Of a stretch of 64,000 nucleotides of DNA, positions 1 to 9,173 are shown one piece after another. Within the stretch, counting starts at the first letter, position 1. Each line of letters starts with the position of its first letter. Source of the DNA: an archaeon (GTDB lineage: Archaea; Nanobdellota; Nanobdellia; SCGC-AAA011-G17; GW2011-AR20); assembly GCA_002688355.1 (NCBI GenBank), contig NZCT01000025.1, forward strand, positions 27,175 to 91,174. The letters run 5' to 3'. Below the pieces are notes generated by a model. The model made no database searches, had not been told where the DNA came from, and saw only the letters and a list, made by a program, of their open reading frames with translations. The translations under genes were made by a program, and so were the position numbers.

Positions 1-139
1 AGAAAAACACATCTCTACCAGTTAATCTATTCCATCTAGCTAAAACATCAACTGAAATAGTGGTGTAAGAACTACCTATTGTGGGTTCTGCATTTATGTA
101 ATAGATTGGTGTTGTAATTAATAATTTTTTATTAGCCAT
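1..139 (-). CDS. Methionyl-tRNA synthetase-like protein, N-terminal fragment; the gene continues beyond the window start
   Basis: Reverse-strand translation from ATG at 139-137 gives MANKKLLITTPIYYINAEPTIGSSYTTISVDVLARWNRLTGRDVFF. This closely resembles the MetRS N-terminus (TTPIYYVNAEPHLGHAYTT..ADFLARWHRL.G..VFFLTGTDEHG), but the HIGH signature reads TIGS. Confidence 0.5.
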   Translation of the reverse strand, partial: MANKKLLITTPIYYINAEPTIGSSYTTISVDVLARWNRLTGRDVFF

Positions 140-175
140 AAAAGATTTAACAAAACTCAATATAAAAATCTTTTG

Positions 176-907
176 TTATTCTAAAATATTAATTAATTCT
201 TCCCACTCTTTGAAGTTAAGCGTGTAACTTTTCTTATCTAGAAATTTTAAACTTGGCAATTTAGCTTTGGCTTCTCTTTTACTTAACTTATAAATTTTAC
301 AAAATCCATCAATAATGGAATTTGAAATTTTTTTATTGCTCTGTAAGTAGATCTCTCTAATCAATATAGATTTTCTGTTTATTTTTTTATTTGTAATTCT
401 AATAGCTTCTGATTTAACTTTTGGCATTGGGTCAAAGGATTCTTCATTTACAATAAGTAATCTTTCAATATTAAAAAATATATTCATTAATAATTTTAGA
501 GAATCACTTTTCATGAAACCTTTGGAAACAGTAAACACAGCTAATTCAAATTCACTATTAACTAGAATTCTCATCAAACTTTCTAAAATAGAGTAAGGTA
601 AGTTCCCAACAATCTTATCATAATTTAACTCTCTATAATCTAAAATATTTTTATTTATTATTTTGGCATTTTTATACTTTGATTTTAGATCTAAACAAAG
701 TTCATAATCAATCTCGACAACAGTTAGATTTTTATTTTTTTTTAGAATTTCCTCTGTTAAAACTCCTTTGCCCCCACCAATCTCCAATATTGTTTCGGAT
801 TTATTAATATTAAGAAAACTAACAACCTCTTTAATTAATTCTTCATCTATCATAAAATGTTGATCAAATTTCATATGAATTTCTAAAATAGTTAGATTTA
901 TAAACAT
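176..907 (-). CDS. ksgA: 16S/18S rRNA adenine dimethyltransferase (KsgA/Dim1/RsmA); the true start may be the internal Met at about 874
   Basis: QHFMIDEEL, SAM-binding ILEIGGGKGVLTE, VVEIDYEL, and VGNLPYSI motifs. Confidence 0.85.
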   Translation of the reverse strand: MFINLTILEIHMKFDQHFMIDEELIKEVVSFLNINKSETILEIGGGKGVLTEEILKKNKNLTVVEIDYELCLDLKSKYKNAKIINKNILDYRELNYDKIVGNLPYSILESLMRILVNSEFELAVFTVSKGFMKSDSLKLLMNIFFNIERLLIVNEESFDPMPKVKSEAIRITNKKINRKSILIREIYLQSNKKISNSIIDGFCKIYKLSKREAKAKLPSLKFLDKKSYTLNFKEWEELINILE

Positions 908-940
908 ACTTTTTGCCCAATTATCTGCAGAAAGAACAAA

Positions 941-1210
941 ATGGCAAACTACGCAATAACTTTAAAGGCAAATACTAATCCTGAATTTTTCAAGAATTGT
1001 GAAGAAGTTTATCGCAGGGTTTTTGGATTTAATGATGGGTTAATAAGTTATTCCGCTGATAATGGGGAGCAAAGATTAGAGTTAAATGGATTATACGTAG
1101 ATGATAGTACAATGATGTGCTCAGTTGGATCTTCACCAGTAATAGATTTTAGCATTTTAGAAAAAATAGTAAAAGAAAAAAGATTAAAGATATCTCTTGA
1201 AGAAGTTTAA
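941..1210 (+). CDS. Hypothetical small protein (89 aa)
   Basis: Clean ORF between ksgA and the convergent AAA ATPase gene; no recognisable motif. Confidence 0.3.
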   Translation: MANYAITLKANTNPEFFKNCEEVYRRVFGFNDGLISYSADNGEQRLELNGLYVDDSTMMCSVGSSPVIDFSILEKIVKEKRLKISLEEV

Positions 1211-2421
1211 CCAATATAAGAAGCAAATTTCTTTAAATCGTTTCTATCTCCCTCTAACAAACTAGTTTCCATTAAATCCTTACCTTTATCAACCATTTCA
1301 GCAGCTTCTAAAAAATGTTTCATCTTAATTGTTTTATCTTTGTTGTCTAAAGATTCATTTGCAGCAAGTCTAGCAGAGTTAAGGATAACATTTTTAATAT
1401 CTCCTCCAGAAAAAGAATACTTATCTGCAAGTTCACCAAAATCAACATCAGAATCCAATGGCATTTTATCTCCAATTAACACATTATAAATTTTCTCTCT
1501 TTCTTCTTTTTCAGGTAAGCCAAAATAAATGTGGGAACTAATTCTTCTTTCAAAAGCTTTATCGATATTTGAAGCTAAGTTTGTAGAAAATATAACAACT
1601 CCTTTGAAAGTTTCTAATTTTCTTAACAAAATACTTTTATCCATATTAATTAAACTATCGGTTGAATCTAGAACATTAGTTCTTGTAGATATTATTGCAT
1701 CTGCTTCATCGAAAAACAAAACTGCATCATTATTAGAAGCATACTCAAAAGCTAATTTAATATTTTTCCCAGTCTCTCCAATATAGCTATCAACTAAATT
1801 AGAATATTGAACAACATGCAATTTTTTATTTAATTCATTTGCAATCACTTCTGCTGCTAATGTTTTTCCAGTTCCAGGCATCCCAATAAAATTTAAGGAT
1901 ACTGAAGTTCCATAATCATGTTTTTTACCAAGGCCCCAATCATTAAAAATTAAATCATGATTTTTTATTTGTGCTAAAGAGATATCCATCTGTTTTTTTA
2001 TCTCATCATTAATTATAATGTCCTTAAATGTTTTTTTAGGTTTAATTACTTCAACAGTTTCATTCAAATCATCTAAATACTCTTCACCTTCACTTTCAAC
2101 ATATTCTTTGATAAAATCATCTTTAATATCATCTATTTCATTTTTGAAATGTTTAAACTCAGATTTAGGTAATCTTATATCTACATTATTTTTTTGAAAA
2201 AAGATTTTTACTGAATCTTTCTTATAGCATTTAATTAAGCAAACATGTCCTTTTATATCAACAATTTTTTCATTATCTAATTTAGAAATGTCTTTTTTGA
2301 ATTTCATGAACTCATCTAATTTTAGAGTTATACTAATCTTATTATGTCTAAAAATAACATTCAATAAAGATTCCTCATTAACCTTATCATACCACAATTC
2401 GAATGTTTTTCCTTTATACAT
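1207..2421 (-). CDS. AAA ATPase, classic/meiotic-clade-like (Vps4/katanin/spastin-like C-terminal module) with a unique ~180-aa N-terminal domain
   Basis: Walker A GMPGTGKT, Walker B LFFDEAD, SRH-like FSTNLASNIDKAFERRISSHIYFGLPE (cf. Vps4 [26 protein letters not shown]), and a C-terminal lid helix. Confidence 0.8.
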   Translation of the reverse strand: MYKGKTFELWYDKVNEESLLNVIFRHNKISITLKLDEFMKFKKDISKLDNEKIVDIKGHVCLIKCYKKDSVKIFFQKNNVDIRLPKSEFKHFKNEIDDIKDDFIKEYVESEGEEYLDDLNETVEVIKPKKTFKDIIINDEIKKQMDISLAQIKNHDLIFNDWGLGKKHDYGTSVSLNFIGMPGTGKTLAAEVIANELNKKLHVVQYSNLVDSYIGETGKNIKLAFEYASNNDAVLFFDEADAIISTRTNVLDSTDSLINMDKSILLRKLETFKGVVIFSTNLASNIDKAFERRISSHIYFGLPEKEEREKIYNVLIGDKMPLDSDVDFGELADKYSFSGGDIKNVILNSARLAANESLDNKDKTIKMKHFLEAAEMVDKGKDLMETSLLEGDRNDLKKFASYIG

Positions 2422-2487
2422 TTTTTAGAATAATTTACCTCTTACTTTTAGTATAGTAAGAAGATATTTAAATCTTTTTCTTAAAAT

Positions 2488-2562
2488 TGCCCCAGCCGAG
2501 ATTTGAACTCGGGTCTCGACCTCGAGAGGGTCGCATCCTGGACCGGGCTAGACTACTAGGGC
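2488..2562 (-). tRNA. tRNA-Glu (anticodon CUC), CCA not encoded
   Basis: Reverse complement folds as acceptor GCCCTAG/CTGGGGC, T-arm CCGAG-TTCAAAT-CTCGG, anticodon stem CGACC/GGTCG with loop CTCTCGA. Confidence 0.6.
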
Positions 2563-2564
2563 AT

Positions 2565-2646
2565 TAGCTCTGCCAGGGGTCGAACCTGGGCCATAAGATT
2601 TCTCCTAAATCCAGAGTCTTATATCATTCCACTAGACTACAGAGCT
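2565..2646 (-). tRNA. tRNA, isotype undetermined; enlarged D-loop or small insertion; abuts tRNA-Glu with a 2-nt spacer
   Basis: Reverse complement has 7-bp acceptor AGCTCTG/CAGAGCT, D-stem GTCT/AGAC, and T-arm CCAGG-TTCGACC-CCTGG. The anticodon arm is ambiguous; GGATT/AATCT with loop TAGGAGA is one option. Confidence 0.45.
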
Positions 2647-2735
2647 TTAAGTTTTTATATTTAACTAACTTTATAAATATTAATAATTAAAGCAAAAAAA
2701 GAAGTTTTAAAAATACATTTATTCAATATTATACA

Positions 2736-3353
2736 ATGAATTTCATAGAAAAAATATTCAAAAATCAAGTAGACGAGGATATACATAAGCAATTCACTAG
2801 ATTCAGTAAAGGAACTTTTGAAGACAGAGCTTTAACAAGAATAAAGAAAACAAAAAATAAAATCACAGTAAAAGTAAGTTATGATTTATCAAAGTTCTTA
2901 GTTGAAGTATTCTCCGATTTAATTACAGAATCAGAGATATCTGGAAAGTTAGTAAAGAAAGGTAAAAAGTCAGAAATCAATGAAAAAGTAAATTCTGAAC
3001 AATTAAAAACTTTATTAGAAGAAAACGATTATTGTTTAATTGATACTTCAACTGAAAAGTACAAACTAAAATGTAAAAAAGCAGTTCCAAAACCTGGAAA
3101 AGCATTAGACACAAAATTCTGCTCAGCAACACTACCTATGGACAAATCAAAAGAATTTCTTTTTGATACTGATGAAGATTTCAAAGACGCAGAAATCACA
3201 CACACATTCATTATAGAAGAGATAGTTGTACCAAAAGAGTATGAAAATAACCCTGAAGAAGCAAGATTAAACGCAAAGAGAAAGGGAAAACTAATAAGAA
3301 AAATAATTTTAGACGACAAAGAGACAGTTAAGGAAAAAGAAATAGAGATTTAG
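2736..3353 (+). CDS. Hypothetical K/E-rich protein
   Basis: ORF only; lies immediately upstream of the ribosomal operon. Confidence 0.35.
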   Translation: MNFIEKIFKNQVDEDIHKQFTRFSKGTFEDRALTRIKKTKNKITVKVSYDLSKFLVEVFSDLITESEISGKLVKKGKKSEINEKVNSEQLKTLLEENDYCLIDTSTEKYKLKCKKAVPKPGKALDTKFCSATLPMDKSKEFLFDTDEDFKDAEITHTFIIEEIVVPKEYENNPEEARLNAKRKGKLIRKIILDDKETVKEKEIEI

Positions 3354-3405
3354 TTTATGAAAAGCATTTAAATCCTTCTATACACGGTTATTTGTAATAA
3401 GAACG

Positions 3406-3413
3406 TTTATAAA
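3406..3413 (+). promoter_or_regulatory. Candidate archaeal TATA box (TTTATAAA) about 30 nt upstream of the L3 start; leaderless or short-leader operon promoter
   Basis: TTTATAAA positioned 29-36 nt before ATG 3442 at the head of the ribosomal operon. Confidence 0.3.
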
Positions 3414-3441
3414 TCTTTAAAAATCGTTTTTTATATTTAAG

Positions 3442-4389
3442 ATGGGTAAAACAAGTAAACCAAGAGCAGGATCTTTGCAGTTTTGGCATAGAAAGAGAGC
3501 TAGAAGAATCTATCCAAGAATAAGATCATGGACAAAATTAAGCAAATCTCCATTATTAGGTTTCATTGGATACAAAGTTGGAATAACACAAGTTCAAGGC
3601 TTAGATCAAAACCCTGCAAAAAAATCAAAAGAACCAATTGTTACAGCTGCAACAATAATAGAGTGCCCACCAATTAAGACATTATCTATAAGATACTATC
3701 AAAAGTCCTACAAGGGTTTAAAAGTTGTAGGAGAAAAACTTGCAGAAAAACTTGACAAAAGTTTAGATAAAAAATTAAGATTACCTAAAAATCCAAAAAA
3801 CAAAGAAATAAAGGAATTTGATGATATAAGATTAGTATTATACACTCAACCAAAACTAACAACTATAAATAAAAAGAAACCTGAAATTTTCGAAGTTGCT
3901 TTACCAGGAAAAAAAGAAGAAAAACTAGAGTTAGCAAATAAATATCTTAATTCTGAAATTAAAATTTCTGAAATTTTCGAAGAAAATACATTAATAGATG
4001 TTCATGCTGTAACAAAAGGAAAAGGATTCCAAGGAGCAGTAAAAAGATTTGGAATATCTCTAAAATCTCACAAATCTGAGAAGAAAAGAAGATCGGCAGG
4101 AAACATGGGTGCTTGGACGCCTAAAAAAGTTTCATTCAGAATACCACAAGCAGGACAAACAGGATATCACACAAGAACAGAACACAACAAATTAATATTC
4201 AAAATAAGTGATAAGTTAGAAGAAATAAATCCAAAAGCTGGGTTTACCCATTATGGTAATGTTAAAAACGAATACATAATTGTTAAAGGCTCAATCCCTG
4301 GCGCTATTAAAAGACCAGTAAGATTAACAGCAGCAATGAGACCTCAAAAAAACATTTCACAATTCCAATTACAAGAAATTAAAAAATGA
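3442..4389 (+). CDS. rpl3: Ribosomal protein uL3
   Basis: N-terminal KPRAGSLQFWHRKRA..., C-terminal QAGQTGYHTRTEHN; canonical operon position. Confidence 0.9.
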   Translation: MGKTSKPRAGSLQFWHRKRARRIYPRIRSWTKLSKSPLLGFIGYKVGITQVQGLDQNPAKKSKEPIVTAATIIECPPIKTLSIRYYQKSYKGLKVVGEKLAEKLDKSLDKKLRLPKNPKNKEIKEFDDIRLVLYTQPKLTTINKKKPEIFEVALPGKKEEKLELANKYLNSEIKISEIFEENTLIDVHAVTKGKGFQGAVKRFGISLKSHKSEKKRRSAGNMGAWTPKKVSFRIPQAGQTGYHTRTEHNKLIFKISDKLEEINPKAGFTHYGNVKNEYIIVKGSIPGAIKRPVRLTAAMRPQKNISQFQLQEIKK

Positions 4390-5207
4390 AAATAAATATA
4401 CTAGATTTAACAGGAAAAGAAATTAAAAAAATAGATACTCCTGAACAATTTAATGAAGAATATCATCCAAATTTAATCAAAAGAGCAGTTCAAGTAATTC
4501 AAGCTAATAAGAGATCTGCATATGGTGCAAAACCTAGGGCAGGGAAAAGATCTTCATCTAAATTATCAAGAAGAAGAAAAGATTACAAAGGTGCATATAA
4601 CCACGGAATGTCAAGAGTCCCAAGAAAAGTATCTTGGAGAAGGGGAATGCAGTTTGGATATGTTGGAGCATGGGCACCTGGAACTGTTGGAGGTAGAAAA
4701 GCACATCCACCAAAAGCAGAAAAAATCTGGTCAAAAAAAATAAACATAAAAGAAAAAAGAAAAGCTATTAGATCATCTCTATCTGCAACACTAAATTTAG
4801 AAATAATAAAAGAAAGAAATGAAATAGTTCCTAAAAATTTTCCATTTTTCGTATCTTCAGATGTAGAAGATTCAAAAAAGACAAAAGAAGTTTTAACATT
4901 CTTAAATAAATTAGGGTTTAAAGAAGAATTAGAAAGATCTAGTAAAAAAAATGTAAGAGCAGGAAAAGGTAAAATAAGAAATAGGCCTTACAAAAAGAAA
5001 TTAGGTCCTTTAATCGTTGTTTCAAAGAAATGTTCATTACTAAAATCTGCATTAAACTTGCCTGGAGTGGATATAGTGGAAATTAAAAACATAAATTCAG
5101 AATTGTTAGCACCTGGAACTCAACCTGGTCGTTTAACACTTTATACTGAAAATTCAATAGAAATTCTAAACAAAGAAAGATTATTTCTGGACAAAAATAC
5201 AAAATGA
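4386..5207 (+). CDS. rpl4: Ribosomal protein uL4
   Basis: L4/L1e-like sequence and operon position; overlaps the L3 stop (ATGA). Confidence 0.85.
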   Translation: MKINILDLTGKEIKKIDTPEQFNEEYHPNLIKRAVQVIQANKRSAYGAKPRAGKRSSSKLSRRRKDYKGAYNHGMSRVPRKVSWRRGMQFGYVGAWAPGTVGGRKAHPPKAEKIWSKKINIKEKRKAIRSSLSATLNLEIIKERNEIVPKNFPFFVSSDVEDSKKTKEVLTFLNKLGFKEELERSSKKNVRAGKGKIRNRPYKKKLGPLIVVSKKCSLLKSALNLPGVDIVEIKNINSELLAPGTQPGRLTLYTENSIEILNKERLFLDKNTK

Positions 5208-5473
5208 AAAATAAAGATCCTTACTCAATCATAAAAAATCCAATCTCTACTGAAAAAGCTGTTAGAATAATGGAGACAGATAATAAATTAACTTTCGTAG
5301 TAAATAGAAAGTCAACTAAATCAGAAATTAAAAAGTCTCTTGAAGATATTTATAGTTTAAAAATAACTAAAGTAAATACAGCTGTTACAAACAAAGGTAT
5401 TAAAAAAGCATATATAAAATTACCAAAAGACGTAATTGCTTTAGATATAGCAACTCAGATCGGCATAATGTAA
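5204..5473 (+). CDS. rpl23: Ribosomal protein uL23
   Basis: PISTEKAVRIMETDNKLTFVV...KITKVNT. Confidence 0.85.
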   Translation: MKNKDPYSIIKNPISTEKAVRIMETDNKLTFVVNRKSTKSEIKKSLEDIYSLKITKVNTAVTNKGIKKAYIKLPKDVIALDIATQIGIM

Positions 5474-5474
5474 A

Positions 5475-6188
5475 ATGGGAAAACCCTTAATTCAACAAAG
5501 ACGTGGAAAAGGATCTATAAGATTCAGATCACCTAGTCATAATTATAAAACAAAGATAAATTTCCCTACCATAAATGAACCTATGTTGGGAATAGTAGAA
5601 GATTTTATTCATGATTCTTCTAAAAATGCACCTGTAGCAGAAGTTAAATTTAATAATAAGGAAAAAATTTTCCTACCAGCTATAGAGGGTCTAAAAATAG
5701 GAGACAAAATTAATTATCTAAATAAGAATAAAGCTAAAGGTAGTATATTAAGATTAAAAGAAATTGCAATAGGTGCTAATATTTCCAGTATAGAGAAAAT
5801 ACCAAACTCTCCTCAAGGTTCTTTCTGTAGATCTGCAGGATCAACTGCAACAATTTTTGCAAAAACAAAAAAATCAATTACAATTTTATTTCATTCAAAA
5901 AAGAAAAAAACATTTCATCCAGAGTGTAGAGCTATGTTAGGGATAGTCGCAGGATCTGGAAGATTAGATAAACCAATCGTTAAAGCTGGAAAGAAACATC
6001 ACATGATGAAAGCTAGAAATAGATTCTGGCCTAAAGTTTCTGGTGTTTCTATGAATGCAGTAGCACATCCATTTGGTTCTGGAAGAGGAAAACATTTAGG
6101 AAAACCAAAAACACCGCCAAGATTTGCATCACCTGGAAGAAAAGTAGGTCAAATCCACGCAAAGAGAACAGGAAGGAAGAACAAATAA
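5475..6188 (+). CDS. rpl2: Ribosomal protein uL2
   Basis: MGKPLIQQRRGKGS...; C-terminal GKHLGKPKTPP. Confidence 0.9.
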   Translation: MGKPLIQQRRGKGSIRFRSPSHNYKTKINFPTINEPMLGIVEDFIHDSSKNAPVAEVKFNNKEKIFLPAIEGLKIGDKINYLNKNKAKGSILRLKEIAIGANISSIEKIPNSPQGSFCRSAGSTATIFAKTKKSITILFHSKKKKTFHPECRAMLGIVAGSGRLDKPIVKAGKKHHMMKARNRFWPKVSGVSMNAVAHPFGSGRGKHLGKPKTPPRFASPGRKVGQIHAKRTGRKNK

Positions 6189-6189
6189 A

Positions 6190-6585
6190 ATGGCTAAAGA
6201 ATTTACTTACAAAGGTCACAATCTAGAACAATTAAAGAAAATGGAAGTAGAAGAGCTAATGAAAATAATGCCTTCTAGTAAAAGAAGATCTTTGAAAAGG
6301 GGATATTCAGAAGAACAAAATAAGCTTCTTAAAAAAATAGACAGAGTAATAGAAGGATCTTATAAAAAACCAATAAAAACTCATTGTAGAGATATAATTA
6401 TAATCCCAAAAATGGTTAATTTAACAATTCATGTTCATAAAGGAAACGCATTCATCCCTGTACATATTGCTCCAGAAAGCATTGGAATGTACTTAGGAGA
6501 ATTAGTTCTAACAAGACAAAGAGTTCAACATTCTGCACCAGGGGTTGGAGCAACAAAATCAAGTGCTTCTGTATCTGTAAAATAA
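6190..6585 (+). CDS. rps19: Ribosomal protein uS19
   Basis: RRSLKRGYSEEQNKLLKKI, GHN/HVHKG motifs. Confidence 0.85.
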   Translation: MAKEFTYKGHNLEQLKKMEVEELMKIMPSSKRRSLKRGYSEEQNKLLKKIDRVIEGSYKKPIKTHCRDIIIIPKMVNLTIHVHKGNAFIPVHIAPESIGMYLGELVLTRQRVQHSAPGVGATKSSASVSVK

Positions 6586-6586
6586 A

Positions 6587-7039
6587 ATGGAATCAGCAAA
6601 ACTACATGTTAAAAATTTACCAATATCAACAAAGAATTCTGTTGAAATATGCAAGTTTATTAGAAATTTAGAATTAAATAAAGCTAAAACTATTCTAAGT
6701 AATGTTGTTCAAAAGAAACAAGCAGTACCTTACTTTAGGTATAGAAAAGATACCCCTCACAAACCAGGATTAGCAGCTGCAAGATTTCCCGTAAATGCTT
6801 CTCAACACATATTAAAATCACTTGAAAGCGTGGAACAAAATGCTTTGAAATCTGGAATGTCCACAAACTTAATAATTTCACATATTTCTGCGAGTAAAGG
6901 AGCGGTCCAGTGGCACTATGGAAGACAAAGAAGAAGAAAAAACAAAGCGACAAGTATAAGAATAATACTTAATGAAATAAAAGAAACAAAAAAGGAAAAG
7001 CCTAAAAATAACACAAAGAAAGTTGAAACTAAAAAATGA
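6587..7039 (+). CDS. rpl22: Ribosomal protein uL22
   Basis: Operon position between S19 and S3; L22-like sequence with a K-rich tail. Confidence 0.8.
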   Translation: MESAKLHVKNLPISTKNSVEICKFIRNLELNKAKTILSNVVQKKQAVPYFRYRKDTPHKPGLAAARFPVNASQHILKSLESVEQNALKSGMSTNLIISHISASKGAVQWHYGRQRRRKNKATSIRIILNEIKETKKEKPKNNTKKVETKK

Positions 7040-7740
7040 TTGAAAAACAAATAGTATCTAAAAAGGTAAAAGAAAATCTGTTAGAAGGATATGTTGCAGA
7101 ACAAATTTCTTCAAAGGCTTATAGTAAAATAGAAATTAAAAAAACTCCATTGGGAGAAAGAATTTTAGTTTATACTTCTAAACCGGGATTAGTTGTGGGT
7201 AGAGCAGGATCAAATATAACTAAATTGACTAAAAACTTAAAAACAAAATTTGATATGGAAAATCCACAAGTGGAAGTTGTAGAACTTGAAAATCCTGACT
7301 TAGATGCAAAATCCATAGCAGATAGAATAGTTTCTTCTTTTGAAAGATATGGTCCCAAAAGATTCAAATCTATTGGCTATAGAAGTCTACAAAACATTAT
7401 GGATGCGGAAGCATTAGGTGCAGAAATAGTAATCTCTGGAAGAGGCGTTCCAAGTAGCAGAACTAAAACTTGGAGATTTTCAGCAGGACATCTAAAAAAA
7501 TCAGGAGATATATCAGAAAATCACATGGAAAAAACAATATCAGTTGCACATCTTAAATCAGGTTCAATAGGCATCAAAGTAAGCATATTAACTCCAGATG
7601 TTAAATTACCAGATGACATTAAAATAAGAGAATTAGAAAAAGAAGAAAAGGAAATTAAAGTTGAAGAAAAAAATGAAGAGCCGAAAGAAGAAAAAACTGA
7701 AAAGGAAATAAAGGAAAATGGTAAAAAAGAAAGACCTTAA
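7036..7740 (+). CDS. rps3: Ribosomal protein uS3
   Basis: KH domain GLVVGRAGSNITKLT; K/E-rich C-terminal tail. Confidence 0.9.
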   Translation: MIEKQIVSKKVKENLLEGYVAEQISSKAYSKIEIKKTPLGERILVYTSKPGLVVGRAGSNITKLTKNLKTKFDMENPQVEVVELENPDLDAKSIADRIVSSFERYGPKRFKSIGYRSLQNIMDAEALGAEIVISGRGVPSSRTKTWRFSAGHLKKSGDISENHMEKTISVAHLKSGSIGIKVSILTPDVKLPDDIKIRELEKEEKEIKVEEKNEEPKEEKTEKEIKENGKKERP

Positions 7741-7939
7741 AAAGCTTACAGAACAAGGATTAAATGAAAGATTAGAAGAATTAAGAAAAGAAATGATTAA
7801 AATAAATGCTCAAATTTCAACAGGAACTCCTCCAGAAAATAAAGGTGGAGTTAAACAAGTTAAAAAGAATATAGCTAGAATATTAACTTATCTCAATCAA
7901 AATAAATCAAGTATAAAATCACAGGGGGTCAAGAGTTAG
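7718..7939 (+). CDS. rpl29: Ribosomal protein uL29
   Basis: [27 protein letters not shown]. Confidence 0.8.
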   Translation: MVKKKDLKKLTEQGLNERLEELRKEMIKINAQISTGTPPENKGGVKQVKKNIARILTYLNQNKSSIKSQGVKS

Positions 7940-7941
7940 AT

Positions 7942-8256
7942 ATGGCTAATACATGCCCAAAATGTGGGTTAAACTTAGAGCTATGTGTTTGTGAAACAAT
8001 AGCAAAAGAAGGACAGCAAATAAAAATTTATACTGTTAAGAAAAGATTTGGAAAACTATCCACCATGGTAGAAGGTATAGATTCCAAAGATATAAATCTA
8101 AAAGATTTAGCTAAAAAATTAAAATCAAAGTTTGCATGTGGTGGAACAGTTAAAAATAATATTATTGAGTTACAAGGAGATCATGTTAACAAAATAAAAG
8201 AAGAGCTAGTTCAACTAGGTTTCGCAGAAAATACAATAAACGTAAACAGAAGATAA
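7942..8256 (+). CDS. sui1: Translation initiation factor SUI1 (aIF1)
   Basis: N-terminal C-x2-C...C-x-C zinc knuckle plus SUI1 core [18 protein letters not shown]. Confidence 0.8.
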   Translation: MANTCPKCGLNLELCVCETIAKEGQQIKIYTVKKRFGKLSTMVEGIDSKDINLKDLAKKLKSKFACGGTVKNNIIELQGDHVNKIKEELVQLGFAENTINVNRR

Positions 8257-8444
8257 TGGCCACCAAATTACCAGAAATAACATTGATAGGATCAAAAATA
8301 AAAGTTAAAGACTCAAAAAACAAAACATTAATTGGCCTTCAAGGAAAAGTCATTGATGAAACTAAAAACACAATTACAATCGAACACAATAACAAAGTTA
8401 AAAAATTAATAAGATCACAAGTAAAAATCGAAAAAATAAAATGA
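8256..8444 (+). CDS. rnp1: RNase P protein subunit Rpp29/Rnp1 (short form)
   Basis: Sm-like LIGLQGKVIDETKNTITIEHNNKVKKLIRSQVKIEK; conserved position between SUI1 and S17. Confidence 0.55.
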   Translation: MATKLPEITLIGSKIKVKDSKNKTLIGLQGKVIDETKNTITIEHNNKVKKLIRSQVKIEKIK

Positions 8445-8773
8445 AAGCAAAAACAAAAAATATAGGGTTGGGTATTAAAGCACCTAAAGCTAGTTGTAAT
8501 AGTGTAACCTGTCCGTTCCATGGAAATTTGAAGATAAGAGGAAGATTATTCAAAGGAGATCTAATTAAAAAAGATATATCTAACACAGCTATAATGTCTT
8601 TCTCTTATTATAATTATTTAAGAAAATATGAAAGGTATGAAAAGAAGAGAACAAGAATTAAGGTTCATAATCCAACCTGCATAGATGCAAACATAGGGGA
8701 TAAAGTATTAATTGGTGAAACAAGACCAATATCTAAAAATAAAAATTTCGTAATACTAGAAATAATAAAATGA
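8441..8773 (+). CDS. rps17: Ribosomal protein uS17
   Basis: GNLKIRGRLFKGDLIKK... and operon position. Confidence 0.85.
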   Translation: MKAKTKNIGLGIKAPKASCNSVTCPFHGNLKIRGRLFKGDLIKKDISNTAIMSFSYYNYLRKYERYEKKRTRIKVHNPTCIDANIGDKVLIGETRPISKNKNFVILEIIK

Positions 8774-9171
8774 AAGCAATTGAAGCAAGAATAACAAAAT
8801 CACTTCCATTTGGTGCAAGACTGAATGTTTGTGATAACTCAGGATCAAAGATAATTAGGATATTCTCTGTTTACAAACATAAAACTGTAAAAGGGAGATA
8901 TCAGGCAGCAGGTGTTGGAGACATGGTTAATTGTTCAATTATAAAAGGTAAACCTGGAACAAAGAAAGAAACAGTACAAGCAATTATAGTTAGGCAAAAA
9001 AAAGAATTTAGAAGAAAAACAGGAGAAAGAGTGAAATTTGAAGACAATTCAGCAGTGGTTCTTAAAGATGACAAAGGCAATCCGAAAGGAACAATAATCA
9101 AAGGGCCTATAGCAAAAGAAGTAGCAGCTAAATGGCCAGCAGTAGCAAAAATAGCAAGTGCCATACTATAA
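8770..9171 (+). CDS. rpl14: Ribosomal protein uL14
   Basis: LNVCDNSGSKIIRIFSV... Confidence 0.9.
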   Translation: MKAIEARITKSLPFGARLNVCDNSGSKIIRIFSVYKHKTVKGRYQAAGVGDMVNCSIIKGKPGTKKETVQAIIVRQKKEFRRKTGERVKFEDNSAVVLKDDKGNPKGTIIKGPIAKEVAAKWPAVAKIASAIL

Positions 9172-9173
9172 AA

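Noticed and set aside
1529-1786. 85-aa plus-strand ORF inside the AAA ATPase gene; similar antisense ORFs also at 3029-3319, 4522-4743, 6735-6953, 7170-7367, 8339-8586, 8901-9373, 9852-10497, 10522-11017, 11433-11867, 11966-12983, 15579-15971, 16349-16561, 17456-17689
   Set aside because: All lie antisense to, or out of frame within, strongly supported genes. Their low-complexity F/L/S-rich translations are typical of AT-rich DNA, and none has motifs or plausible starts.
9132-9173. ORF-track N-terminal extensions of L24 (9132), L5 (10211), S14 (10743), and SecY (15175) that overlap upstream genes by 40-70 nt
   Set aside because: Each has an internal ATG 2-3 nt after the upstream stop codon, giving canonical N-termini (MKTQF, MKQEQ, MTYSS, MSLRN). 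The extensions are read-through of the preceding gene's 3' end in another frame.
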